Both the position numbers and the translations under genes were made by a program. DNA of 64,000 nucleotides from Octopus sinensis (taxonomy: Eukaryota): assembly GCF_006345805.1 (NCBI RefSeq), contig NC_042998.1, positions 205,964,001-206,028,000 of the forward strand. The letters are read 5' to 3'. Positions 35,437 to 49,095 of the stretch are shown piece after piece (positions within the stretch are counted from its first letter, which is position 1; the number at the start of each line of letters is the position of its first letter). The notes below the pieces were generated by a model. It was given only the letters and a program-made list of their open reading frames with translations, was not told where the DNA came from and did not search any database.

Positions 35437-37125
35437 TCATCATCATCATCATCCTCATTTAATGTACATTGTCCATGCTGGCATGGGTTGGACAGTTTGA
35501 CCAGAGCTGGCAAGCTGGAGAGCTGCACCAGGCTCCAACCTGATTTGGCATGGTTTTTATGGATAGATGCCCTTCCTAATACCAACCACTGTACGAAGTG
35601 TGATGGGTGCTTTTACATGACACCATACAGGTGCTTTCACACGGCACCATATGGGTGCTTTTACAGGGCATCGCATGGGCTATATATGGCACCACAAGTT
35701 CTTTTTATATGGCACAGGCAGAGGAGTCTATTCTCCACCAGGGGGAGTGGCCTAAACACTTCTGCTGTGGAGCACAGGTCATCTTGAGTAGAGCAAGGTA
35801 CCAGGCATTCAGGTCTTTTGTAATCTTGCCTGGAAGGTTCAATATGCTGAGGTCGTCCTTCAGTATTCATCTCCTGTCTTCCTGGGTTTCCCACTTCCAC
35901 ATCTTCCATCTACTTTGAGAGAATGGCACTTCTTTATGAGGCTGTTGGTATTCATCTGCATCATATGATCAAACCAGCACAGTCTTCTCTCATGCACACA
36001 ACTAATTCCTCTTATGCCTAACTCCTCTCTCAATAAACTAGTTCCCTGTTGAACATGGACACTTACATTACACATCTAACCTTCACATGTCCTCTGCATT
36101 CAGTGCCTACATCTCACTACCATGTAGAAATGCTGTCCGTATGCATGCATCATACAATCTTCCTTACACTTGGAGAAAGAAACCTTTTGTAGCCATTAGA
36201 GCTAACAGGTCTCTGAATTTCCTACACCCTATTCTTATTCTGGCTGTCACACTCTCCATATATTTTTTCCCACAACTAATTTGGTCCCCTGGGTAGCAGA
36301 AATTGTCTACTACTTCTAATGATACACCAAGGCATTTGAGAGATTCAATTTCCCGAGTCTCTATAGCTTCTATGGATCCTGTGCATCTTCCACATATGAA
36401 CACTACCTTCTCAGATAACCTTTTAGCTCTGATATGGAATCTGCAATGAGGGCAAGATCATCAGCATATAGCAATTCTCAGGGGTTGCCGGTCTTGAATT
36501 TTTTCTGCTACAGCCTGGAGGACAATGATGAAAAGGAGGGGACTGAGGCCTGAGCCTTTTTAGATCCCTACCTGTACACCAGGTTCTTCACTTTTACTTA
36601 TGGTTAACTCTCACCTTACTGACAATGTCTCTGTACATGGCCTGTACAGCTTTCACCAGCCATTTGTTAATCCCTAGCCTCCTCACAGCTCACCATATCA
36701 TATAGCAGGGTGCTCTATTGAAGACTTTCTCTAGATCAACAAATACCAAGCATAATGGCTTATTCTTAGCTAAGCACTTCTCTTGCAGTTGCCTGACTAT
36801 GAAAATAGTGTCAGTAGTGCTTCTTCCCTGGACAAAGCCTAACTGCATTTTGTCTAACCTAATTCTGCTCTCCTAATTAATTGGGCTATGACTCTCTCTC
36901 TCTAATTTCCACCACCTGGTCCAGGTGTTTGATGCCTCTATAATTGCTTCTATCTAAAGCATCACCTTTACCCTTGTAGCAGCTAACAATAATGCTGCTA
37001 TGCCAATCCTTGAGTAGAACACCTTCCTGAATGACCTGATTAAACTATGTGGGTGACTAGCCTGTACCCTACCTTACCGGATATGTTGATCACCTCAGCC
37101 ATGATTCTGGATGGACCAGGGGTGG
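35437..37125 (-). mobile_element. RTE-clade LINE, internally deleted
   Basis: Tail at 35437, RLCWFDHMMQM, FICGRC, FCYPGD, and RT-region remnants (LLYADDL, STTDTIFIVRQLQEK, PGPS). Confidence 0.85.
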
Positions 37126-37360
37126 TCATATTTAATGCAGTCTATCAAACATCTTATTAGAAATAACAATGTGGTGATGAGAACAGAACATCAGCCGTAT
37201 TGCTAATCGCTTTACATCTGCTTCCCATGTTGGCATAGGTTGGATGTATTGACACAGTCCAAATCATCCTTATTTTGAATTACTGCCCCCCTCCTAAATA
37301 GAACAAAGAAGTTCTTACATTCGGCTTGGTTCCATGGCTGGATACCCTTCCAGTGACCCT

Positions 37361-37866
37361 GCCAGTGCTGGTGCCATGTAAAAAGCATCCAGTTCACACT
37401 ATAAAGTGATTGGCATTTGGAAGGGCACCCAGCTATAAAACAAAATCTGCCAAAACTGACTTCCCCTGTGCTGGTGCCATGTAAAAAGCATCCAGTTCAC
37501 ACTATAAAGTGATTGGCATTTGGAAGGGCACCCAGCTATAAAACAAAATCTGCCAAAACTGACTTCCCCTGTGCTGGTGCCATGTAAAAAGCATCCAGTT
37601 CACACTGTAAAGTGATTGGCATTTGGAAGGGCACCCAGCTATAAAACAAAATCTGCCAAAACTGACTTCCCCTGTGCTGGTGCCATGTAAAAAGCACAGT
37701 CCTCTCTGCAGGGTGGTTTGTGTTAGGAAGGGCATCCAGTCATGGAGACCCTGTCAAAACAGGCACTGAAGCAAGGTGCAATTTTCTGTGTAGCCAGCTC
37801 CTGTCAAACCATCCAGCCTATGCCAGCATGGAAGACAGATGTTAAATGATGATGATGATGATGATG
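37361..37866 (+). repeat. RTE 3'UTR with a 103-bp unit tandemly triplicated, then the normal tail
   Basis: gtgctggtgccatgtaaaaagca starts at 37365, 37468, 37571 and 37674 (spacing 103). Confidence 0.9.
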
Positions 37867-38409
37867 TGGAGGGAGGGGGCAACAGAGAAAAAGAATTGTG
37901 TAGAAAAAGTAAAGAAAGAGAGATAGTAATAGCTACATCCTGGTTGTTGGTAAGGAGATTGAATAGAAAAATGGCAGCAGAATAGGACAGTAGTAACTAT
38001 GGGTGATTAGGCTCACTTTCAGGCCTCCTTTTTAGGATTTGTAGAACACAAACTATATGTTGGTTAAAGAGTGAAAAGAACTTAAGAAGGGTAAACGAGC
38101 CTTAATTTTATGTTAATTCCGTTAACACTAACTCACCTGAGACTAATTTTGGTTCCACAATACAAATTTCTCTTTTAAAGCAATATAAACACTTCCCTTT
38201 AAAATTTTATGTTAATTGGTTTCAAACACTAACTTAATAAAGGCAGTTATTTTATTAAATTCTGCATTATTTTCTAAATTAACGAAAACAAAGGCAGTGA
38301 ATTTTTAAAAAATAAGGTAACAAAATAGTTAAGTACCCAACCAAGATGCTCAAAATATTGAAGCAATAAGAATATGTAAATAAATTCACTGAATAAAAAA
38401 AAACCGCCA

Positions 38410-38758
38410 GAGCAGCCAAGTGGCTCCCGTGCCAGTGGCACGTAAAAGGGCATCATTTGAATGTGATCGTTACCAACATCGCCTTACTGGACACCTGTGC
38501 TGGTGGCATGTGTAAAAAGATTTGAGCAAGGTCATTGTCAGTACCGCCTGACTGGCCCCCGTGCCGGTGGCATGTAAAAAGCACCCACTACACTCTCGGA
38601 GTGGTTAGCGTTAGGAAGGGCATCCAGCTGTAGAAACTCTGCCAAATCAAGATTGGAGCCTGGTGCAGCCATCTGGTTCGCCAGCCCTCAGTCAAAATCG
38701 TCCAACACGTATGCAAGCATGGAAAGCAGACGTTAAACGATGATGATGATGATGATGA
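38410..38758 (+). mobile_element. RTE 3'UTR/tail copy
   Basis: Three gtgcc.gtggca.gtaaaa units, gttaggaagggcatccagctg, (GAT)n. Confidence 0.85.
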
Positions 38759-40003
38759 AATACTAATGGTGGAAAAAAAAAGTCTTTCAACAGGAAGTTC
38801 TTACTAAAATGAGGCTAAACTTTGTTTCTCCCACAGAAGAATGATTAGTTTCTGTTCCTTGGTTACCAAACACTGCTACAATTCGAATTGTAGTAACCTG
38901 TAGTATCCACTTTTAATGTTCTGTGACCACATTTCTAACAAAAACCATTGCTTCTACGTTTCAAGTTACTTCTAAGTAGTCAATAATTTAGAAGAATTAA
39001 TAATAAAATAGCATTTTCCTTTTAAAGCAGATGTTTGGAACATAACAAAAGTATCTTAATCAAAATTATAATGAAAGGTTTTAATTTGAATAGAAACATT
39101 GTAAAGTAGGAATTTTATATCATAGAACCAGAGGTGGTTGATAAATACTAGAGTAGATGTAGACTACATTGTAGAAGGTGGTGCCCCAGTTTGGCCACAG
39201 TTCAATGACTGAAACCAGTAAAAAAAAATGGATCAATCACTGAGTATTCCCAGAGAAAATTACAAAAGTTGTGTATCTCAAATGTTTCAATAAACTATGT
39301 GTATCTGTCCCTAGAAGACACTCGTATTTCAGCCCAATACAATAAATATATAAAAATTTGGGGGTAAGTGAATGTAGTAAAGTAATGGTGGAGAACTACT
39401 GGCATGGCAATTTTAAGATATGGGTTCAATTCTTAGTTAAGTCATTTCACTTCCTACTCATAGAAGCAATTTGTCATGAATCAATGGAGTGATTGGCTTC
39501 AATATAAAATGAAATCTTTGGTAGAATCAGCAGAATGACCTTTATAGAATTACAACAGACACACATGTACACACACACACACGCACGCGTGCGCACACAA
39601 ACCTCAATGAACATTTACATGCACATGAATATATATTGTAATACAGAATCTATTATTAAAATTTGTTTTATTTTGAAGCTCGTTTCAATTACAACTGACT
39701 AAAATATTTTGTTGGTATTCAATTAATGCTAATTATTAATTAATGTAACGAACTTCTGAAGCAGAATGAAATAGATTGGTTTCAATTAGAGTTCCATTGA
39801 ACACTGTCATCTGGAAGGCACTAGAGATGTAAAAGTACAGGGCAACTTTTGGTTGAAAGGGGTAGAGTTGGAAGGGTGTGTCATCCCACTCAGATGCTTC
39901 CTCATAATGAAGCAAACGTACAGACTAGAAGCAATTAACAGTAATGAACATATGACCATCTTAATTACTGGTGGACAGTAAGCCTTTAAATTGAATGTAA
40001 AGG

Positions 40004-40052
<49 letters not shown>

Positions 40053-40240
40053 CTTATACACACATACACATGTAAACATTCATACACACACACAAAATAT
40101 ATTATCATCATCAACATCATTAAATTAACGTCAACACATATTCTACAAACAGATCTGTTTCCGATTTTTAACCCTTACACTCATCCATCCATCCATCCAT
40201 CCATCCATCCATCCATCCAACCACAAGCATGTATATACAT

Positions 40241-40271
<31 letters not shown>

Positions 40272-40332
40272 TAGAAATGGCAAGACAACAAGAGAATGAA
40301 AGAGACCACAATATTGTGTAAATAGAGGAATT

Positions 40333-40475
40333 TATCTGTAAATATAATATGTGACAATTATTTGGTAGCCAAGATAAAACTCCGAGTTTCGGATGCCGGA
40401 GTTCCGCCTTGACATCCGAAACTCAGAGTTTTATCATGGCTACCAAATAATTATCAGATATTATATTTACAGATA
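40333..40475. repeat. Long inverted repeat (63-bp arms, 4 mismatches, 17-nt loop)
   Basis: 40333-40395 is the reverse complement of 40413-40475. Confidence 0.92.
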
Positions 40476-40499
40476 TATATATAAGTAAGTAAGGTATAT

Positions 40500-41210
40500 G
40501 CAAGTAAGGTGACACTGGTAATGATCACACTCGAATAGTACCTTTTACATGCCACAGGCACAGAAGCCAATTAGCCGCTCTGTCAACGATCATGCTTAGA
40601 TGGTGCTCTTAGTGCCCCACTAGCATGGATGCCAGTCATTGAATTTGATTAGATTTCGATTTCACTTGCCTCAACAGGTCTTCACAGGCAGAGTTTAGTG
40701 TCCAAAGAAAGAAAGGTATGCATAAATGGTCTGGTTACACCCACTGGTATAGGCCACGAGGTTATGGTCTCACTTGGCTTGCCGGGTCTTCTCACGCACA
40801 GCATATTTCTGAAGGTCTCGGTCACTAGTCATTGCCTCGGTAAGGCCTAATGTTCGAAGGTCGTGCTTCACTACTTCATCCCAGGTCTTCCTGGGTCTAC
40901 CTCTTCCACAGGCTCCCTCAACCTCTAGGGTGTGGCACTTTTTCACACAGCTGTCCTCATCCATTCTTGCCACATGACCATACCAGCGCAGTTGTCTCCC
41001 TTGCACACCACATCTGATGCTTCTTATGTCCAACTTTTCTCTCAAGGTACTTACACTCAGTCGAGTAAGCCCATCGGAGCATACTGGCTTCATTCCTTGT
41101 GAGCTTACGCATGTCCTCAGCAGTTATGGCCCATGTTTCACTGCCAGGTAGCATGGCTGTTCGTACACATGCGTCATACAGTCTACCTTTTACTCTGAGC
41201 GAGAGGCCCT
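40500..41210 (-). mobile_element. RTE-clade LINE 3' fragment
   Basis: MLPGSETW, LRWYGHVARMDEDSCVKKC, GRGRPRKTWDEVVKHDL. Confidence 0.9.
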
Positions 41211-41405
41211 TACTTCCTGAAATTCGCCAACACTACACCTGATATCCCCCTATCCTCCCCTCCATATGCAAGCACACCGGTATATCATGACTCATACACT
41301 GTTCACTTTCCTGACATTTGCACGTAATTCTATGTACCATACATGGACCTTTGATAAGTTGTAGCGCACCTGAACATTATACACAATAATTTCATTATTA
41401 TTATA
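41211..41405 (+). mobile_element. Short 3' end of another LINE (CR1/L2-like) with (ATT)n tail
   Basis: ORF end LPEIRQHYT*, then UTR ending acaataatttcattattattata. Confidence 0.45.
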
Positions 41406-42408
41406 TTCTATTATTACAAGATCCACAGTGATGACATAGACCTAGGATGAATGAGTGAGAAAGATCATGAGTGTGCTGGCACTCAGAGTGAATATAGGAT
41501 GATGACATGCAGGACATGATAGAAGGGTAGAAGTAGAGTAAACTGGGCACAAGGGGCCCTATAAATATAGGACCAATACATAGGCTTCAAGATGGGTTTA
41601 AGTGATGAGAGTGGTGGCAGGGGAATGGAAAACAGTTGTATGTAAGTATATACACACTGCTGTATATGTGTGTATGTAGTTGCACATCTCTATGTATGCC
41701 TGTATGTGTACTTGCCCATCTCTGCATATGCATATGGGTGTGTATACTTGCACATATCTCAATATTTTTTTAATATCCTGGCCAGATCTAACATCTGGAT
41801 TGTTTTAGGGAGCCCACACCAAAAAAAGTAAAACACAAATCAATTAAAGAAAAATTTATATTTCTAGAGGGAAGGCCACCAGAAGTGTGCTTGAGGGCTT
41901 CAGGCAACCCTCACAGCCACAGTTGAGAATTTCCCAACATTCACAATATTAATAGTTTTGGGACAAGTCAGCAGTTTTTAGGTCAGTTATTAGTCAATAC
42001 CATTAACCCTTGTACATGACTGGTACTTTATTTTATCAACCCTGGACAGATAAAAAGCAAAGTCGACTCAAGTGGAATTTCAACTCTGAAAAGAATACAG
42101 CAGAGTATTTTGCACAACATGCTAGTAATTCTATGAGCAGCAAAATCACTCCTGTTCTACATTAGTCAATAGAACAACTAAAAATATTGGAATTTAATTC
42201 TTCCATTGTGTTTCAAAGACATTTTAGTAGAAACTAATTGAAGTAGCAATTAGAACAGAACACCCACCACCACCACCACCAGTTCCTATTTCTCTGCAGC
42301 ATAAACAAGTTTCACATTTAACAGAGACTAATTTCTGTGGAATGAAGTCAATCCATTCCAATGATGACATATTCTACCAGAAATTCTAACATCAAAAGAG
42401 TTGCTGAT

Positions 42409-42716
42409 GTTGTTTAGCAGTGGTCAACCTTGTTCAAACAGACCTATGATCAAATGAAACCAAGGTGTATCTTTAATACTACATTGTTAAATGTATCCCT
42501 TTCTTTCAGACAGTAGGGTGTAAATTGAAGCAGATTGACTGCTATTTCTAGCAGGTCCAGCAATCATTTAGAGGCTAAAATTTCTCTTAAATCACACTTT
42601 AAAATGAAAGTAGATACAAGACATGATTCTAGCTAAACAGATAAACAAGAGAATCATGAGTGGAGAGTCTTTGATTAGTAGTCTGTTCAATCAGGGCTGA
42701 CCTAGGGCTAAACAAC
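42409..42716. mobile_element. Fold-back MITE-like element with ~50-bp imperfect TIRs
   Basis: gttgtttagc..ggtcaaccttg..aacagacctatgatcaaa versus tttgattagtagtctgttc..cagggctgacc..gctaaacaac. Related pieces at about 2446-2660, 6960-7143, 8500-8665, 28060-28220, 30385-30522. Confidence 0.6.
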
Positions 42717-44464
42717 TTCTCTCCTTCACTTTATCTTCCTATTTCTCATATTGTTAATTAATGGTTAATTAATGAACTAAAACAATTGACTTACACTTGT
42801 CTATACCCTCTCTCTCTCCATCAAGTATAGGATGCACTTCACATTAGGTATGGTCCCTCACCACCACCACCATCAGCATCAGCGTCAGTCTATATGTTAC
42901 ATTAAACTCCAATTTTTCAACCTCCTAAAATGTTTAAATAAACACAAAATTGATATTTTAAATATATATATAAGATATGATGATGATGATAATGATGGAT
43001 ATAGGTTTTTAAATGAAATCCAAATTTAAACTCATAAAAAAAATATAACTGACATTTAAATAGCTGAAAAAATGTTTCTTTCTGTTTTTGTTTTCCCTCC
43101 ACCCCAAAATACTTTCCCCTTTTTCATCTAGATTTAGGAAACTACCTCAGTTTTACAGCAAAAAAAATCAAACAAAAAAAAACATTTGCACAGCCACTCC
43201 ATTCATGCCCACACAAAACATTTGTACATACCATCACACGCACACACATGTAGATGGGCACAGATTTACATACTGCTACTAGAATAGTTATATATATACA
43301 CATGTAGATATATGTGTGTGTGTGGCTATATAACATTGCCAACAGATTTCATACGGTTAGGGTTGGGCTACACAACTCAGTCATAAACTGAAGAAGCTGA
43401 GAGAGTGGGTGGTGAGATTTCTCACCCTGCTTTTCTTCCTGTAGCCACAATAAGTGAAGGGATTGGTTCTTTGTGTGTGTGAGTGCTTACATGTATACTT
43501 TCACTAAGCACATGCGCACACGCGCACACGCAGACACACACACACACTAAAACCACCTTCACCATCTGTCATGAAAATTACTTTATTTTCTCCATTCTGA
43601 CACAAAACACTCATGAAGCAGACTGACAGAGAGTCTGTTGTGTAATCCTATCAGAGAAGGCTTTATTCTATCCTAACACTGCAAACCAACCTATTTGATC
43701 CACTCACTGCACCCACATGTAAGTATCCTCTCTCTCTCTCTCTCTCTTCCAGCCATCATCCTTACTATGCCTTTATCTCCCATTCCCCAGACCAGTGACT
43801 TGGCCCCAACCATCCAGTCTTAAGAGAAGTGCACCCTTCAAAAACTGCCTCCCCCACCCTATGTCTCTCTCAAGAATTCTCCCCTCCACATGAACTACAT
43901 TGACCTCACCCATTTGTCTTATACACCCAACTCTAATGAAGGGAATCTTAAACAAAACAGACAAAAACAACAACAAAGGCAGGGATGAGAACTGCCTATC
44001 CTCTTCCAACACACTATAACAACAACAACAATACTCCTGCACACATATACCACTGTCTTAATATACACCACCACATAGGATAGCAAGATAGCAGATGTAA
44101 TTGATAGTATGAAGGAAAGAGAGAGATGAAAAGAGAGAGAAGGGGAAAGAGAGAGACGAAAAGAGACAGAGGGGGAGAGAGAGGTACTGAACCATATTTT
44201 GGGAAGTAAGATTTGCTGTTATCAGATACGCAGAGGCAAGTTTAGTTGTGGAATCAACAAACAACAAACAGATGGAATTAGGCATCAGACTGGAACTGGA
44301 ATCAGTTATTCTTCCTCCAAATACAAACCGTGTCACACACCACTTCTACTACTACAACTATTGCTGCTACCATTGTCTTACAATGCAGACATCAACTTTC
44401 AGTCAATGTCCTCAACTCTTTCTAAAAAAAAAAAAAAAAAACAAGAGACAGGATAAAAAAACTA

Positions 44465-45146
<682 letters not shown>

Positions 45147-46922
45147 AAACATGTCCAGCGGAATTCCCGCTTGAACAACCAGATTGCAACGTTGGTAGAC
45201 TCAACAGGCGTATCGATTGAGGACCCTTATCAACAGAGTCAATTATTTGCCGAGGCTTTTTCAACTATTTTCAAACAAGATGATGGTCGTAAACCCCCTC
45301 CATTTGATAGATCGGTACCTCCAATGCTTCGATTGGTCATCACGCGGGACAAAGTCAAACGTGTTATTCAAGGCCTCGATGTCAACAAGGGTCACGGCCC
45401 TGACGGCATACACCCACGGGTTATCAAAGCGTTGGCTCCGGTCATCTGCGAGCCCTTAACACGACTATTCAATATGTCATTGGCGACGGGTGTTATACCT
45501 GCAGACTGGAGAACAGCGATAATCTGCCCAATTTTCAAGAAAGGGAGCCGCGAAGACCCGCTTAACTACCGACCGGTTTCCCTTACATCAATAATCAGCA
45601 AGATGTTCGAAACCATCCTTAAGAAAAGTATGATGCTCCACCTCCTAAACACAGCCTCTATCTCTGATTCCCAACACGGCTTCGTGCCGAAGAGATCATG
45701 CTTGACCAACTTACTAGTAATGGAAGAATTGGTGACACGCATCCTCGATGATAGTGATGCTGTTGACATCGTTTTATTGGACTTTGCCAAAGCTTTTGAC
45801 TCGGTAAACCACCGCCTATTACTTCTCAAGCTTCAAGCATATAGTTTCCATCCAGATATTATACGATGGGTTGGTGCCTTCCTCTCAGATCGCTCCTTCC
45901 AAGTCCAAGTTAATGGTTCGCGGTCCGACGTCTCCAGTGCGAGCAGTGGCGTGCCTCAAGGTTCAGTGCTTGGGCCCTTGTTGTTCTTAGTCTTCATAAA
46001 TGACTTGCCCGACGACCTCACGCAACACACCCTTCTATTTGCCAACGATATCAAACTGGTCGCTCCTCGCGGTAATATAGAGGATCTTCGTCGATGCCTC
46101 CACCAAATTTGGAAGTGGTCTAACGATTGGGACCTGTGTCTGAACGTGTCAAAGTGCTGTCATCTGCCTGTCGGCTCTACTCCTGCAACTCAACTGGATT
46201 TCGAGCCGGGTCGTCTGCTGCTGGAGAGGACCGATCAGGTAAAGGACCTGGGTATCTTGGTGGATTCCTCCTTTTCGCCTTCGGCCCAGTGCGTCCATGC
46301 TGCCAACAAAGCACGCGGAATTCTGTTCTTGATTCGACGGTCATTCGGAATGCTCACAGCAGCCATATTTCTACCACTCTATGTCATGCTGGTGAGACCC
46401 ATATTGGAGTATGGGATTCAAGCCTCTTCTCCTTATCTCCTCAAAGACATACAGCATCTCGAAAGAGTCCAGAAGCTGGCTACCCGCATGGTTCATGGTC
46501 TCAAAAATTTGTCCTACGAAGAAAGGCTGAGGACGCTCGACCTTTATTCTCTTGAAAAATGCCGCCGCCGTGGTGATCTCATTCTCGCCCACAACATCAT
46601 AAGCGGAAAGTGTAACCTCTCGAAAGAGCTGTTCTTCACTCCTGCTCCAGAGCGTCGGCTGCGGGGTCATTCCGAAAAGTTCTACCTGCGACGATTTCAT
46701 CTCAATTGGAGGAGAGGAGCTTTCTCCGTCCGGGTTGCGGATCCATGGAACAAGCTGCCAGACGAGATGGTGAAGATGCCGATGACCGCTTTGTTCAAAG
46801 CCTCCCTGGACCTCAAGTGGCCTGAACTCTTTACATGAACACCACCCTGTACGTAACTCCATGTCCCCCTACATGGCCTTGCTATTTGCTTTTGAGCCAA
46901 ATTAACTAACTAACTAACTAAC
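45147..46922 (+). mobile_element. Young 5'-truncated CR1-clade LINE; uninterrupted 555-aa ORF2 (RT) with catalytic FADD changed to FAND; (CTAA)n tail
   Basis: KGHGPDGIHP, NYRPVSLTS, QHGFVPKRSCLTNL, LDFAKAFDSV, SGVPQGSVLGPLLF, LFANDIK, LERVQ, RRRGDL, LRGH, WNKLP; stop at 46838; tail ttaactaactaactaactaa. Confidence 0.95.
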
Positions 46923-47009
46923 ACAGGCATGCACATCTACCATTCTCATTGTCATTGTTGTTTTAATGTCCATTTTTCCATTCATGTATAGCCCAGATGA
47001 GAGTATAAT

Positions 47010-47320
47010 GTATTTTGATGTTGATGTACTTGACTCAATAGGTCTCCTCAAGCACAGCAGGTCACCCTACAATCCAAGGTAAGCACCGCAGGACGTCCTG
47101 CGAGCCATGAACTCACTTTATTTGTTGGGTCTTCGCAGTCACAACATATCTCCAGAGGTCTCAGTCTTTCATCATTGCCTCTGTGAGGCCCAACTTCGAA
47201 GGTCATGCTTGACCACCTCATCCCATGTCTTCCTGGGTCTACCTCTACCCCGGATTCCTTCAACTGTTAGGGAGTGGCACTTCTTCACACATTCATAGTA
47301 CATGACCATACCAGCACAAA
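47010..47320 (-). mobile_element. RTE-clade LINE 3' fragment
   Basis: CVKKCHSLTVEGIRGRGRPRKTWDEVVKHDLR. Confidence 0.85.
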
Positions 47321-47399
47321 CATCTATATAAACATATAAGTGTATAAAAATAGTCACATTATTATATGTTTCAGCCAGAGTCTGTGACCATGCTGCAGT

Positions 47400-47730
47400 A
47401 CCACCAATTAGGTGATTGCTGGCTTATTTCATTTCATTCTCAGTGGCTTCTCTTAATGTTTGGTCCTGGTGAATTAATGAGTTGAACAAAGACACCCTTA
47501 TTTGTGTTTCTTGCCATTAGTTTATCTGGTAGCTCAGATAAAAGTTTAAGTGCCACTTGAATACATTCACATATGTGCCTCATAGATCTCTGAGGTGTTT
47601 TGGCAAGGTATTGAAAAGTTGGGTGTCCTTAAGCCCTAGCTTATTTAAGATTGAGAGTGTGGGACCTTTGATTCTGTGAGGTTACATCCAGTTTCGGGGT
47701 TGGTATAGCTTTCAATAGGTGCTAGCCCCG
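47400..47730 (-). mobile_element. Old CR1-like LINE C-terminal fragment
   Basis: Frameshifted remnants resembling the LxFxGPxLFNxLPKxLRD...VFKxxL..PD terminus. Confidence 0.4.
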
Positions 47731-47955
47731 TACAATTCAAACAAGTTGCTCACAAACTGGCAGAACTTGTTTAAGTGAGGACAGGTCTTGGGGTTTGTGA
47801 ATATCTGAATTGGTTGGTGTATGCATCTGTATGTGCATATATGTGGGCATGTGAGTGTATATAAACTTGCACTCATGCAGTGGATGTGTATGTCCTTTTG
47901 TACACAAATGTATGTGCGTCATTTATGTACGGGCATAAATGTGTTAAAGTAACCC

Positions 47956-48165
47956 TTAACTCTTTAGCATTCAGATTACCTTGTCGTCAAGTGTCCTGCT
48001 CATTTATTCCGTTTTGAATTAATCATGAATTATCTTGTAGCTTTGAGATTTCAGTAATGTGATTGTTTATTTTTAGACTGGTATTGTAGGATCTAGTCAG
48101 TCTGAATGTAAAACAGGTAGAATATTTTGGGCTGGGTATGAATGGTTTAAATACTGAAAGGTTAA
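47956..48165. mobile_element. piggyBac-type MITE (TTAA TSD)
   Basis: TTAA-ctctttagcattcaga ... tttaaatactgaaagg-TTAA. Confidence 0.6.
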
Positions 48166-48374
48166 ATATTGTCATGGTAGACAAAAATGTATTTTAAAAT
48201 TATTTTCAATATGTTAGAGAAACAACAAAGACACTATTCTACTCTGAACCACAAGAACAACAATTGGACACAGAATGAACATTTGATAAAGCAACAGAAG
48301 TAAATTCATCTGTTATTAGTTTGTCTGTCATTGTTAATGATGACCATGGATATCTCATGGAGGAAGAAGATAGG

Positions 48375-49095
48375 GTACATGTGTCTGACTGTGGCCCATT
48401 AGTCCGATGCATGCTTGGCGGGCTCTGCCACAGGTTGGGCACTGACAGTCTATTGGGACTAAAGGTAAGGTATTGGCTCTGGACTGGCATAGTTTATGTT
48501 TTTTTTGGATTTTTTGGTGCCCCTGAAATCCTGTTCAATTCATCGGAGGTGACACCTGTTGGTGCAGCTTCACCAGGAAGGAGAGTTTTGTGCTTGCATT
48601 TCTAGGTGTCAGGGTTGATCCCAAAGCTCTTCAGTGAGGCTTTGCATGTGCCCTTGAAGTAATTTTTCAGTCCACATTGTGTCAGGCATTCGGACAAAAT
48701 GGCTTGCCCACCTGATTTGTGCTCTGCTCAGCAATGTGTAAATGCTTGGCAGATCAGCTCCAGAGAGGATCTCTATGACTAGGACCTTAGTCCTGCCACA
48801 TCACTTTCATCATCTTTCTCAGGCAGTTCATGGGGAAGAGGTTTAGCTTTTTGCTGTGACATTTGTAAACTGTCCAAGTCTTATAGGTGCAGCATAGCGA
48901 ATATACAATTGCTTAAGACACCTTCAACGTGGTGGCCTAATGCCTCTCCTCTCCCACACTGATCCAGCAGCAGTAAATAGGTAAAACAATGCTGTATTTC
49001 ATAGTAGAACTGTTGTTGCTATAATGAGTTAGTATTCCAGATGATGTGACAAGCTTCATTTCATGCCAACTCGAGGCTATTTAGTGTCACAGCTA
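48375..49095 (-). mobile_element. RTE/BovB-like LINE C-terminal fragment
   Basis: Frameshifted remnants of FKGTCKASLKSFGINPDT*, plus VLSNCIFAMLHL*DLD and CPTCGR-like words. Confidence 0.55.

Noticed and set aside
46127-46900. Overlapping and antisense ORFs inside the CR1
   Set aside because: Expected by chance in GC-richer coding DNA; no motifs.
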